Below the pieces are notes generated by a model. It was not told where the DNA came from, did not search any database, and was given only the letters and a program-made list of their open reading frames with translations. A program made the position numbers and the translations under genes. Below, piece by piece: positions 26,753-35,248 of a stretch of DNA of 64,000 nt. Every line of letters begins with the position of its first letter. The first letter of the stretch is position 1. Source of the stretch: Christensenellales bacterium (GTDB lineage: Bacteria > Bacillota > Clostridia > Christensenellales > UMGS416). Location of the stretch: assembly GCA_050948665.1 (NCBI GenBank), contig JBMNEH010000001.1:1298650-1362649 (forward strand), given 5' to 3'.

Positions 26753-27914
26753 ATTTCTCCGCCGCCTTTCTCAGTTCTTTGTAATGAGCACTGCCGTCCT
26801 CCCACGGAAACAAACAGAAATTGAAATGTCCGTAAACTGCCGTATCCTCGTAGATTACATTGCGCAGACGCAGTTTTTCGATGATTGCCGCCGGACGCAG
26901 GTTAAACACGGACATCACTATTTCGCGCAGTTCTTCATTGGTGAGAGTGCTCGTACCGAAAGCGTCGATGTCAACCGCCACAGGATCAGCCTTGCCGATG
27001 GCATAAGAAAGAGCGACCTCGCATCTCTCAGCCAAGCCGCTCCACACGATATTTTTTGCAATGTACCGCGCCATATATGCGCCGCTGCGGTCGACCTTGG
27101 TGGGGTCTTTACCGCTGAACGCTCCACCGCCGTGGAGAGCAAGCCCTCCGTAGGTGTCCACCATCATCTTTCTGCCCGTAAGGCCTGTGTCAGCGGCGGG
27201 TCCACCCTCGACAAATCTGCCAGAGGGATTAATGAGAATTTCGGTGTCATCGTCAAAGGGAAAGTCCTCAAAGCACTGCCAGAGCACATTTTGTTTGATG
27301 TCGGAGTATAGCTGTTCTTGTGTTTTATCCTTGTCGTGCTGAACGGAGACCACAATGGTTTTCACACGCTTGGGTTTGCCATCCTCATATTCAACCGTGA
27401 CCTGTGCTTTGCCGTCCGGCAAAATGCCTTTGACGATTTTATCCTTGCGGACGGTCTCCACACGTTTGCAAATTCTATGCGCCAGCACCAGCGGAAGCGG
27501 AAGCATCTCACGTGTTTCGTTGGTGGCATAACCGTAAACGATGCCTTGGTCACCCGCGCCGAGGGATGAGTAGCGTTCCTCGCTGCCGTTCCGGGCTTCG
27601 AGGGCGGTGGTTACTCCGGCGTCAATATCCTTGCTCTGTTTATGAACGAATACGAAAACCGTAAACTTCCATGGATTGTAGCCGACCTTGCGGAGGACTT
27701 CACGCACTTCCCAGCGGATGTCGACTTTACCGTTGCAGGTGATCTCGCCCGCAACGATGATTTTGCCCTTGGTCGCCATGACCTCGCAGGCGACACGGGA
27801 GGATTTGTCTTTGCGAAGACACGCATCAAGGATGCTGTCGGCAACGAGGTCGCACAGCTTATCCGGGTGTCCGGCGCATACGCTTTCTGCTGTTTTATAA
27901 GTAATCATATTCAT
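26727..27914 (-). CDS. metK: S-adenosylmethionine synthetase (phage-encoded MetK)
   Basis: 395 aa from the ATG at 27914 (ATGA overlap with the upstream stop). Hallmarks GHPDKLCD, GAGDQGIVYGY, HGGGAFSGKDPTKVDRSGAY. Confidence 0.9.
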   Translation of the reverse strand: MNMITYKTAESVCAGHPDKLCDLVADSILDACLRKDKSSRVACEVMATKGKIIVAGEITCNGKVDIRWEVREVLRKVGYNPWKFTVFVFVHKQSKDIDAGVTTALEARNGSEERYSSLGAGDQGIVYGYATNETREMLPLPLVLAHRICKRVETVRKDKIVKGILPDGKAQVTVEYEDGKPKRVKTIVVSVQHDKDKTQEQLYSDIKQNVLWQCFEDFPFDDDTEILINPSGRFVEGGPAADTGLTGRKMMVDTYGGLALHGGGAFSGKDPTKVDRSGAYMARYIAKNIVWSGLAERCEVALSYAIGKADPVAVDIDAFGTSTLTNEELREIVMSVFNLRPAAIIEKLRLRNVIYEDTAVYGHFNFCLFPWEDGSAHYKELRKAAEKYADRKDSN

Positions 27915-29236
27915 GACTCCCTTTTCTTGGCTTTGTTGCCAGTGAAGTTTTCCCAGCGTTTTATGATGACATCGCAATAATGCGCGTCGAGTTCCATAAT
28001 GTAGCAGGTGCGGTCAAGCTGCTCACAGGCGATGAGCGTTGTGCCCGCGCCGCCAAAGGGTTCGACCACGATGTTGCCCTCGTCTGTGAAAGCGACGATG
28101 TATTCCGACGGCAGCGACACGGGGAATGTGGCAGGGTGGTCGGCGCGAATCTTGCCTTTTTCGCTGAGCTGTTTTGTGACCGACTCAAGGCTGGTCTGTT
28201 CCGGCAGTTCCAACAAGCTCTCCATTTTCTTGAAAGCGCCGGTCTCATTGCCACGCCGAGCTATGCGGAAGGAGCCATCCGCCTGACGAATTTTGTTATA
28301 ACGGCCACCGGAATAAATGCTTGCTTCTTTCTTTCGCCATGTGGGATTGACCCTCACCGGCTCTTTACCGAAGCAAAAAATCCACTCGTGTCGGATAGGT
28401 ATCATCGCGCTCTGCTGTCCGACGCTGCCGCAGGTGAGTTTATCCCATACATTCCAAGCAAGCAGTTTCAGGTCGACAGATTTTGCGGAAGCGATGTAGG
28501 CATCCCAATAGGGATTGACCTCGCTGTCTTTACGCTGGATGCCGAGATTGACCGCCTGTAGCGCCGTGAACGGTTCGTAGCAATCGATAAAACCTACGAT
28601 ACTCTCGACACTCAGATCTTTGCCTCCGTTGTATTCCCGCATATCGCTGTAAGGCGGTGAGGTAAATAGCAGCTTGCTGTATTGACCGTCCATCAGCAGC
28701 GCTACGTCATTTTTATCTGTGCTGCTACCGCAGAGCAGGCGATGCCGACCGAGTTGCCATAGCTCACCTGGCTGACATATTGTCGGAGCGTAAGCATCGA
28801 CCTCCGGCACTTCGTCCTGAACGATTTCATCTTCAACGCCGAGCATGAGCCCAATCTCGCTGGTGTCAAAGCCGGTCAATGTGACGTCAAAGTCCTCCGC
28901 CTTCAAATCCGATAGCAGGCTTCCGAGCTTTTTCGTATCCCATTCACCGGAAATCTTATTCATTGCTATGTTGAGTGCTTTCTCCTGAACTTCGTCCATA
29001 CACACAACGACACATTCGACGCTCTCATAATCGAGAGTCTTCAAAACAGAAAGCCGCTGATGACCAGATATGACCGTGAAGCCAGTTGCCTCATTGACGA
29101 CGATCAACTCCACATAGCCGAAGCTCTCGATGGAACGCTTGAGCTTCTCAAACTCCGCATCGCCGGGACACAGCTCTTTACGCGGATTGTATTTTGCCGG
29201 ATTAAGTTCCGACAACAATAGGGTCCGTATATCCAT
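27911..29236 (-). CDS. ParB-like nuclease domain fused to DNA methyltransferase (SPPY type)
   Basis: 441 aa from the ATG at 29236 (AAGGAGGGG SD, 1 nt after the terS stop). ParBc YNPRKE...SGHQRLSVL. Motif IV LFTSPPYSDM. Motif I VEPFGGAGTTLIACE. Confidence 0.85.
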   Translation of the reverse strand: MDIRTLLLSELNPAKYNPRKELCPGDAEFEKLKRSIESFGYVELIVVNEATGFTVISGHQRLSVLKTLDYESVECVVVCMDEVQEKALNIAMNKISGEWDTKKLGSLLSDLKAEDFDVTLTGFDTSEIGLMLGVEDEIVQDEVPEVDAYAPTICQPGELWQLGRHRLLCGSSTDKNDVALLMDGQYSKLLFTSPPYSDMREYNGGKDLSVESIVGFIDCYEPFTALQAVNLGIQRKDSEVNPYWDAYIASAKSVDLKLLAWNVWDKLTCGSVGQQSAMIPIRHEWIFCFGKEPVRVNPTWRKKEASIYSGGRYNKIRQADGSFRIARRGNETGAFKKMESLLELPEQTSLESVTKQLSEKGKIRADHPATFPVSLPSEYIVAFTDEGNIVVEPFGGAGTTLIACEQLDRTCYIMELDAHYCDVIIKRWENFTGNKAKKRES

Positions 29237-29237
29237 G

Positions 29238-29789
29238 TCATTTACCCCTCCTTGCATTGAGCAGACGCTCCATCACGTCGTCCTGCGGGTTTGCGCCGCT
29301 GTATTCGCCGGTGCAGTTTTCCTTGACAATCTGGAATATCTCCATCCACAGGCGGTTGGTCTGGTTCATGTAATTCTGTCCCATTGCCACATACGGGCTT
29401 TGGATTGCGTTACCAGTGGTGGGGTGCTTCGCCAGAAAACCGTAAGCCGTGACCGCTTCCTCGCACTGAATCCAACGAGCCACGCTCATGGCGTAGCGCT
29501 CCAAAAGTTGCGGTGAAACGAGAGCCGCACACCCACGCTCGTTCAGCCAGTGCCATGTATTTTTGTAGATATCAGCAGCGACGAGCATCTTGCCGTCCTT
29601 TTGTACAGCTTCGAGCATTTTATTTGGTTCCGGCATTTCATTTCCTTGCAGATTTGCCGTGTCGGAAAACTCCATCACGGTCAATGTTCTGCCGCCGGGA
29701 TTGCCGGCAGATATTTTGTCGGCGAGAGGCTTCTTTTTTGCACCCGCGCCGACACGAGCGCCGCCTCTGTTTGTACCGTCTTTGGCCAT
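29238..29789 (-). CDS. terS: terminase small subunit, P27 family
   Basis: N-terminus MAKDGTNRGGARVGAGAKKKPLADKISAGNPGG is typical of P27-type TerS. ATG at 29789 preferred over the GTG at 29798. Lies downstream of HNH. Confidence 0.8.
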   Translation of the reverse strand: MAKDGTNRGGARVGAGAKKKPLADKISAGNPGGRTLTVMEFSDTANLQGNEMPEPNKMLEAVQKDGKMLVAADIYKNTWHWLNERGCAALVSPQLLERYAMSVARWIQCEEAVTAYGFLAKHPTTGNAIQSPYVAMGQNYMNQTNRLWMEIFQIVKENCTGEYSGANPQDDVMERLLNARRGK

Positions 29790-29883
29790 ATTTATCACAC
29801 TCCTTGCGCGCTGGGGCTATTCGGTCGTTTGAATGTGCGTTTTTCAACACGGAGCCCCACGCCGCTGTCCGCTTGAAAAGGTT

Positions 29884-30252
29884 TTAGAGATTTGAGCGCC
29901 CCCACCGGTCGCCGCTTTCGGCAGTGATTCGAGAGTGACAGGATTTACAGAGAGCCATCAGATTTTTCGTTTCATTTCCTCCGCCCTTGGAGAGCGGAAG
30001 GATGTGGTGTACCTCTTCGGCGGGGGTAAGCCTACCGTGTGTCTCGCACTCCTCACAGAGAGGATGCGACTTGATGTATCGGTCACGGATGCGTTTCCAT
30101 GTACGACCGTATCGTTTGTTGGAAGCGGGGTCGCGTTCGTACTGGTTGTAGCGTTTGTCCATAACCTTTTGATGCTCGGCGCAGTATTGCTCGCGTTCAG
30201 CAAGCCGACCGCAGCCGGGATAAGCACAGGGACGCTTTGGTTTGTACGGCAT
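29884..30252 (-). CDS. HNH endonuclease (packaging-associated)
   Basis: 122 aa. CEECETHGRLTPAEEVHHILPLSKGGGNETKNLMALCKSCHSRI. Confidence 0.9.
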   Translation of the reverse strand: MPYKPKRPCAYPGCGRLAEREQYCAEHQKVMDKRYNQYERDPASNKRYGRTWKRIRDRYIKSHPLCEECETHGRLTPAEEVHHILPLSKGGGNETKNLMALCKSCHSRITAESGDRWGRSNL

Positions 30253-30273
30253 GGGTTCACCTCGCTTTCAGGA

Positions 30274-30310
30274 CATAAGAAAAGCCCTGGGGGATTGCTC
30301 CCTCAAGGCT
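30274..30310 (-). terminator. terminator-like hairpin in the leader of the late (HNH-terS) operon
   Basis: Minus strand AGCCTTGAGGGA-GCAA-TCCCCCAGGGCT (12-bp stem, 1 mismatch, 1 G-U pair) followed by TTTTCTTAT. Lies between the putative late promoter and the HNH start. Confidence 0.45.
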
Positions 30311-30340
30311 CTCTCGGATCATACACTTTTCTATACTACC

Positions 30341-30384
30341 ATTATACCTGTATTGACTGTGACAATCTGTGCCACAGTGTGCCA
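30341..30384 (-). promoter_or_regulatory. putative late promoter: TATAAT plus three 10-bp-phased TTG(G/T)CACA repeats
   Basis: Minus strand GTTGGCACAC TGTGGCACAG ATTGTCACAG (plus-strand copies start at 30358, 30368, 30378), then TCAATACAGG TATAAT (30346..30341). The proximal repeat overlaps the -35 position. Confidence 0.55.
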
Positions 30385-30388
30385 ACAT

Positions 30389-30802
30389 TCAAACCGGCAC
30401 CGGAAAGTTATAGAGGGCGGAGGAATGAATCCTGTGTACCGTCCGCCCGGAAACGTTAAGTAGCTGTGCGATGTCGTCCCAGCTATAGTTATTGAGGTAC
30501 CGGTAGCGGAGAAGCAGACGCTCATCCACGTTGGATACCCGGTCGATTGCGGCGTTCATTTCCGTTTTCAAATCCACATAGCGGTCGATGTCACGGTTGA
30601 TTACCTTTTCCAGGTCGATGATTTTTTCGATAACCCTTACGAACGGGGCTTCTGTGCTGCGTGACTTGCTGACGCGCTCACCTTCAAAGCTGCAGGACAT
30701 CAGTCTTGTGGAGTAGTCCCGTAGGCGTTCCATTTCAGTAATGCGGGAGTCAATCAGCTCGTTGAGCCGGTATGCCTGCCGCAGATATTCTTTTGCCGTC
30801 AT
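30389..30802 (-). CDS. DUF1492/ArpU-RinA-like late transcriptional regulator (sigma region-4-like HTH)
   Basis: 137 aa. C-terminal LLLRYRYLNNYSWDDIAQLLNVSGRTVHRIHSSAL. Sits directly upstream of the packaging operon. Confidence 0.6.
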   Translation of the reverse strand: MTAKEYLRQAYRLNELIDSRITEMERLRDYSTRLMSCSFEGERVSKSRSTEAPFVRVIEKIIDLEKVINRDIDRYVDLKTEMNAAIDRVSNVDERLLLRYRYLNNYSWDDIAQLLNVSGRTVHRIHSSALYNFPVPV

Positions 30803-31017
30803 AGAGATGCCTCCTCTCTCAGCTTTCGCATCAGCATCTCACCATCCACGGAAGTGAGAGTTTCGTACCAGTTGGAACGGAAGAACCGCTCCATTTCATT
30901 AACAGCGGCCATGGCGGACCTACTGTGTGGATTTTCGCTCAATAGCTTCAGCGCCTGTCTGTAATCCTTGACCACCTGCAGTACGATGGCATTAGCCAAT
31001 TCTTCATATGGGTCCAT
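30799..31017 (-). CDS. hypothetical small protein coupled to the late regulator
   Basis: 72 aa. ATGA overlap with the next gene. GGAGGT SD. Confidence 0.5.
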   Translation of the reverse strand: MDPYEELANAIVLQVVKDYRQALKLLSENPHSRSAMAAVNEMERFFRSNWYETLTSVDGEMLMRKLREEASL

Positions 31018-31050
31018 AATCTGTACCTCCGATATTTGTATTTCTCTCGG

Positions 31051-31077
31051 ATTGGCACGGATTGTCGTAGATTGTCT
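31051..31077 (+). repeat. three 10-bp-phased ATTG(G/T)C repeats
   Basis: GGATTGGCAC GGATTGTCGT AGATTGTCTT (units at 31051, 31061, 31071). Same core as 30358..30384 but in the opposite orientation. Confidence 0.6.
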
Positions 31078-32441
31078 TAAGCTTGCAGATCGGCCTTGAC
31101 AGCATCAATCAGGGCAGATTGGGTGCTGTCCTTCTTGGATAACACCCTCAAAATCCGCTCGTCGATGGTACCCTTGGCCATAATGTGCTGCACCACAACC
31201 GTTTCGGCATTTTGTCCTTGCCGCCAGAGCCTTGCGTTGGTTTGCTGGTATAACTCCAGTGACCATGTCAGCCCGAACCAGACGATACAGGAGCCGCCGC
31301 TCTGCAGATTAAGCCCGTGACCGGCAGAGGCGGGGTGGATAAGTGCCACGGGCAGCTCTCCAGTGTTCCACCTACGGATACTGTCGGCGCTGTCCAACTT
31401 GGAGAACGGGACATGGAGCTTTTGTAGCCGCTCCATGATACGGACAATGTCGTGCTTGAACCAATACGCCACCAGCAGCGGTTTCCCACCGGCCGCTTCG
31501 ATGATGTCCTCCAATGCGTCCAGTTTTCGGTTGTGAAGGTTTACGATGCCGCCGTCATCGGTGTATATAGCGCCGTTTGCCATCTGACAAAGCTTGCCGG
31601 TGAGCGCAGCGGCATTAGCAGCAGTAATCTCGCCATCGGGGAGCTGAAGCACAAGGTCTTTCTTCAATTCATCGTAACGCTGGCGCTCCTCATCAGAGAG
31701 CCAGACAGTGTATTCGCTGCTGACCAGCTTCGGCATTCTCAAAAGGTCGGTAGACTTCATGGAAATGGTGATGTCGGAGATCTTGTCATAGATGCGCTGT
31801 TCCGCTCCGGGAAGCGGCTTGTAGCTGAATATGACCTGTCCGTTGCGCTTGTCCGGCATGAAGTAGTCAAGCCGGTAATGACTGATGAAGCGTCCGAGCC
31901 GAGCGCCCATATCCAACAGCCGGAACTCCGCCCATAAGTCCATGAGGCCATTTGCGGAAGGTGTACCCGTGAGGCCGATGACACGCTTGACCTTGGGGCG
32001 AACCTTCATCAGTGCCCGGAACCGCTTTGCTTGGTAATTCTTGAAGGAGGACAGCTCATCTACCACGACGGTATCATAGTTGAATGGTAGTTTGCTTTCC
32101 TCAATAAGCCACTGCACATTTTCTCGATTGATGATGTAAATATCTGCGGACTTCAGAAGCGCCGCTCTGCGTTCTGCTTCGCTGCCGACAGCCACGGAGC
32201 AGATGAGGTTCTGCAGGTGATCCCACTTATCTGCTTCAGCAGACCATGTGTCCCGTGCCACTCGCAGTGGTGCAATAACCAGAACGCGGTGCGCTTCGAA
32301 GCTATCAAAGAGAAGGTTGTTCAACACCGTCAGCGTGATGCTCGTCTTGCCAAGTCCCATGTCCAGTAGAACCGCAGAGATGGGGTGCTCCTCGATATAA
32401 CGGGTGGCGTAGGTCTGGTAGTTATGCGGTTCGTATTTCAT
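31077..32441 (-). CDS. SNF2-family helicase
   Basis: 454 aa from the ATG at 32441 (GGAGGA SD). Motifs DMGLGKT, VVVDELSSFKN, SAGHGLNLQ. Confidence 0.85.
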   Translation of the reverse strand: MKYEPHNYQTYATRYIEEHPISAVLLDMGLGKTSITLTVLNNLLFDSFEAHRVLVIAPLRVARDTWSAEADKWDHLQNLICSVAVGSEAERRAALLKSADIYIINRENVQWLIEESKLPFNYDTVVVDELSSFKNYQAKRFRALMKVRPKVKRVIGLTGTPSANGLMDLWAEFRLLDMGARLGRFISHYRLDYFMPDKRNGQVIFSYKPLPGAEQRIYDKISDITISMKSTDLLRMPKLVSSEYTVWLSDEERQRYDELKKDLVLQLPDGEITAANAAALTGKLCQMANGAIYTDDGGIVNLHNRKLDALEDIIEAAGGKPLLVAYWFKHDIVRIMERLQKLHVPFSKLDSADSIRRWNTGELPVALIHPASAGHGLNLQSGGSCIVWFGLTWSLELYQQTNARLWRQGQNAETVVVQHIMAKGTIDERILRVLSKKDSTQSALIDAVKADLQA

Positions 32442-32703
32442 CAAGAAGTCCTCCAATCTGGTGCTCATCGTCAAGAACGTAAACCTTGAAGCCGAGCTGC
32501 TGAAGCAGTCCATGTCTCGCAAGCTGTAAGGGACGCGGCTTGCAGCCCATCGCCTTTACTTCCACGAAAGCTATGCGACCGCTCGGGAAAAGCACGATGC
32601 GGTCAGGCATTCCGTCAAAACCCGGACACACGAGCTTCGGCGCAATGCCTCCCATGTTTTTCACGGCTTTCACGAACTTTTGCTCAATCTGTTTTTCTCT
32701 CAT
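32422..32703 (-). CDS. VRR-NUC domain nuclease
   Basis: 93 aa from the ATG at 32703 (GGAGGT SD). GMPDRIVLFPSGRIAFVEVK (D...ExK). The track N-terminal extension lies in the repeat-rich intergenic region. Confidence 0.75.
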   Translation of the reverse strand: MREKQIEQKFVKAVKNMGGIAPKLVCPGFDGMPDRIVLFPSGRIAFVEVKAMGCKPRPLQLARHGLLQQLGFKVYVLDDEHQIGGLLDEIRTA

Positions 32704-32718
32704 GTACTTTACCTCCAT

Positions 32719-32925
32719 GGACAAGCGGTCAGGATTCTCTATACGCGCGCAAATACGTTCGGACAGGATTGCTTTTCCTTCTATATTGAAGTGTATTTGT
32801 GCTATATAGAAATCCTTGTCCGCCTGTCCGAAAAACTGCTGTTTTCGCCCGATTTCATGGGACTTGAGGTCTGGACAACCTTTGGGGCGGGGACAAGCTG
32901 TGGGAGTTGTCCCAAGAGGTTGTCC
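32719..32925. repeat. iteron-like cluster: eight GGACA(A/G)/(C/T)TGTCC hexamers around an AT-rich core (candidate origin)
   Basis: GGACAA at 32719, 32873, 32891. GGACAG at 32761. TTGTCC at 32816, 32907, 32920. CTGTCC at 32824. Nested inverted repeats GGACAACCT (32873)/AGGTTGTCC (32917) and GGGACAA (32890)/TTGTCCC (32907). AT-rich stretch 32771..32815. Confidence 0.5.
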
Positions 32926-32935
32926 GCACTTTTTC

Positions 32936-35248
32936 TTAAACACGCTTATACAAACGCTGCCTGCCGTAGATGGGCTGCGTCTCCCGCTCGTCGGTTTTAT
33001 GCCAGTCAGGGATGCGAAGCATGATCGCTGCTATCGCATAGGAGTCGGAGGGCTTGATGTCCTCTTTGCGTTTACCAAAACACTCGCACCAGATTTCAAG
33101 ATTGCTCACGCTGTTGCGGGCGATGGAGCCTTTCGGCTGGGTCGGGCTGTCTGGGTCGCGGATGTACTCCTGCCTTGCGTAGATATCCATCTCGCTCCAG
33201 TTCTCCGGCAGTAACAAATTGAGATATGCGTTGACCAGGCCTTCACGGTCGTCTTGTTCCATCGCGGCAGACTGCTCGATTTGGGATAGCGCCTCCAGAT
33301 CAGAGTCGAGATACAGCTTCTCTCCGCGCTCGACGAGTACCAGCGTCTCCGCCCATATCTGCTCGACATCCTCTTTAGTGAGCTGCCACGGCTTCAGCGT
33401 AACGGGGCCGGGCGTCTTGACCGTCCAGAAGCGACGGTTTCCGGTGATGTCGCGGAGGTAGCCGTTCTGAGAGTTGGTGGTGCCGAAGAATATGCACTGC
33501 CTTGGATGCGGCGTGACCCGTCGTCCGAAGGAGGCTCGGTACTTATCGTCCTGACGAGAGATGAACGCCTTAACCTTATCGATGTCCGCCTTTTTCATGC
33601 CTGCCAGCTCACCGATTTCAAGAACCCAATAGCCTTGCAGTTTCTCTGCGGCAGTCTTATCATTCATATCCGTGAGAGACAGGCTGTCCGAGTACCATTC
33701 GCCGCCGAGCTTCGCAATGAGCGTTGATTTGCCGATACCTTGGTCGCCGTTGAGCACGAGGATATGATCGAACTTGATGCCTGGGCGTTTTACTCTCGCT
33801 ACAGCGCCACAGAGCGTCTTTCTCGTAACAGCGCGGGTGTATTCGTTGTCTTCCGCTCCGAGATAGTCGATAAGGATGCGCTCGGCGCGTGTAGCACCGT
33901 CCCAAGGCGGAAGCGAAGCAAGGTATTCCCGAATAGGGTGATAGGAGCGGTCGTCAACCACCTTCGCAACCGCGATCTGATAGTTCCGAGCCGAGAAGGT
34001 GCCATAGTTTGCGTCCACATAACAGATAAGCTGCGCATCGTCGGCGTCACGCCAGAACCGTGCCGGGTGCTGCCACGGCACATCGCCCTTTATCTCCATG
34101 CCGTCGGCGAGCTGGTTGAAGCAGATGGCTTTGAGGTTTTCGTCGTTCTCCAGAATGAGTATGATATTGTGCAGCGTGTTTTGAAGCGTGCCGCCGCGAT
34201 CCCGACTGAGCGCCTTTGTCCAGTCTTCAAACTCTGCCGCAGCCGATTCCTGCTTTTCGCGGAGCAGCACCGCGCTGACCTGTTCATCCTTGACCGCAAA
34301 CTCCATCATGCCGGCGAAGGACTTCTTCTCATCGTCATCACCAAACTTGTGAATACGGACGAGATCAAAAGCATTGAGCAGCTTACCGCAGGCCGGATCT
34401 GTCGCGTGGTGGCTGTAGACAAACTTATCGTCGTAGGTCACCACGCCGGCGCTACTGTCGGCGGGGATGTAGTCGTAGCGCCCCTCCATCGCGGACGGGG
34501 CATATACATCGGAGAGAAAAGCCGTGATCGCCGCTTCAATGCCATACGACCGGCAGAACGCGCCGACCACCCCGCTTTTTGTGAGCGGATCCTCCTGCGG
34601 TTTCTTGGAATTCTCCCGAACCGCGCTCTCGCGGGATGAGGTCGGGAGCAGTGAGCAGTCCTTCCAATCCGGGTACGCTGTCAAAATAATATCCGGGTCC
34701 AGCCAGTCGCCCACGGTTGTTCTGCTGATAAACTCACCGTTGGAGGGCGTTGTCGGCCAGTACATAAGCTGGTTTGGTTTATAGGAACATTCATCAAACT
34801 GGTCGATGTTCCAGTCGGCCGCAAGGAATCTGGTGAGCGCGACATACTCGTCAGGAGAAACATCCCTTGTAAGCGGCACAATAATACGGCAGCGTGGAGC
34901 ATCCGGAGTGTGACCGTGCGTGGTATATACGCAGGACGCATATTGAAACTCCTGAAGGAAACGGTCGATAAAGCCCACCTCGGCGTGATCTGCGTCCATT
35001 GTCAGCATAGAGCGGCAGGCCACGGTGTCGATTTTCCTGCGATTGTTCTTGAGCTGACCGCCGACAAAGCCGCCTTTATCCTTGGCGGCGTCGCGGGCGG
35101 CTTTCTTCATATTGGGGTATTCCTCGGCGGATTCCGTTGTGCGGATGGTGGTGGAAAGCCTTTTGCAGAGGTCGTCCCATGAGGTCGTCTTATTCGACCA
35201 TGTTTTTGCAAAGCAGCTATTGCCGTAGGCAATGGATAATTCACGCAT
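32936..35248 (-). CDS. VirE-family / P4-type primase-helicase
   Basis: 770 aa from the ATG at 35248 (AGGAGGAACGGTTATC ATG). Walker A NGDQGIGKST. Virulence-associated-E-like C-terminal half. Confidence 0.8.
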   Translation of the reverse strand: MRELSIAYGNSCFAKTWSNKTTSWDDLCKRLSTTIRTTESAEEYPNMKKAARDAAKDKGGFVGGQLKNNRRKIDTVACRSMLTMDADHAEVGFIDRFLQEFQYASCVYTTHGHTPDAPRCRIIVPLTRDVSPDEYVALTRFLAADWNIDQFDECSYKPNQLMYWPTTPSNGEFISRTTVGDWLDPDIILTAYPDWKDCSLLPTSSRESAVRENSKKPQEDPLTKSGVVGAFCRSYGIEAAITAFLSDVYAPSAMEGRYDYIPADSSAGVVTYDDKFVYSHHATDPACGKLLNAFDLVRIHKFGDDDEKKSFAGMMEFAVKDEQVSAVLLREKQESAAAEFEDWTKALSRDRGGTLQNTLHNIILILENDENLKAICFNQLADGMEIKGDVPWQHPARFWRDADDAQLICYVDANYGTFSARNYQIAVAKVVDDRSYHPIREYLASLPPWDGATRAERILIDYLGAEDNEYTRAVTRKTLCGAVARVKRPGIKFDHILVLNGDQGIGKSTLIAKLGGEWYSDSLSLTDMNDKTAAEKLQGYWVLEIGELAGMKKADIDKVKAFISRQDDKYRASFGRRVTPHPRQCIFFGTTNSQNGYLRDITGNRRFWTVKTPGPVTLKPWQLTKEDVEQIWAETLVLVERGEKLYLDSDLEALSQIEQSAAMEQDDREGLVNAYLNLLLPENWSEMDIYARQEYIRDPDSPTQPKGSIARNSVSNLEIWCECFGKRKEDIKPSDSYAIAAIMLRIPDWHKTDERETQPIYGRQRLYKRV

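Noticed and set aside
30358-31077. Reading the two inverted repeat sets as the ends of an invertible (phase-variable) segment
   Set aside because: Identity between the arms is only about 18 of 28 nt. No small invertase is adjacent. Inversion would flip two whole genes without an obvious promoter switch. Activator binding arrays are the simpler reading.
33740-34639. 299-aa plus-strand ORF
   Set aside because: It is antisense to the primase/helicase gene, with no independent support.
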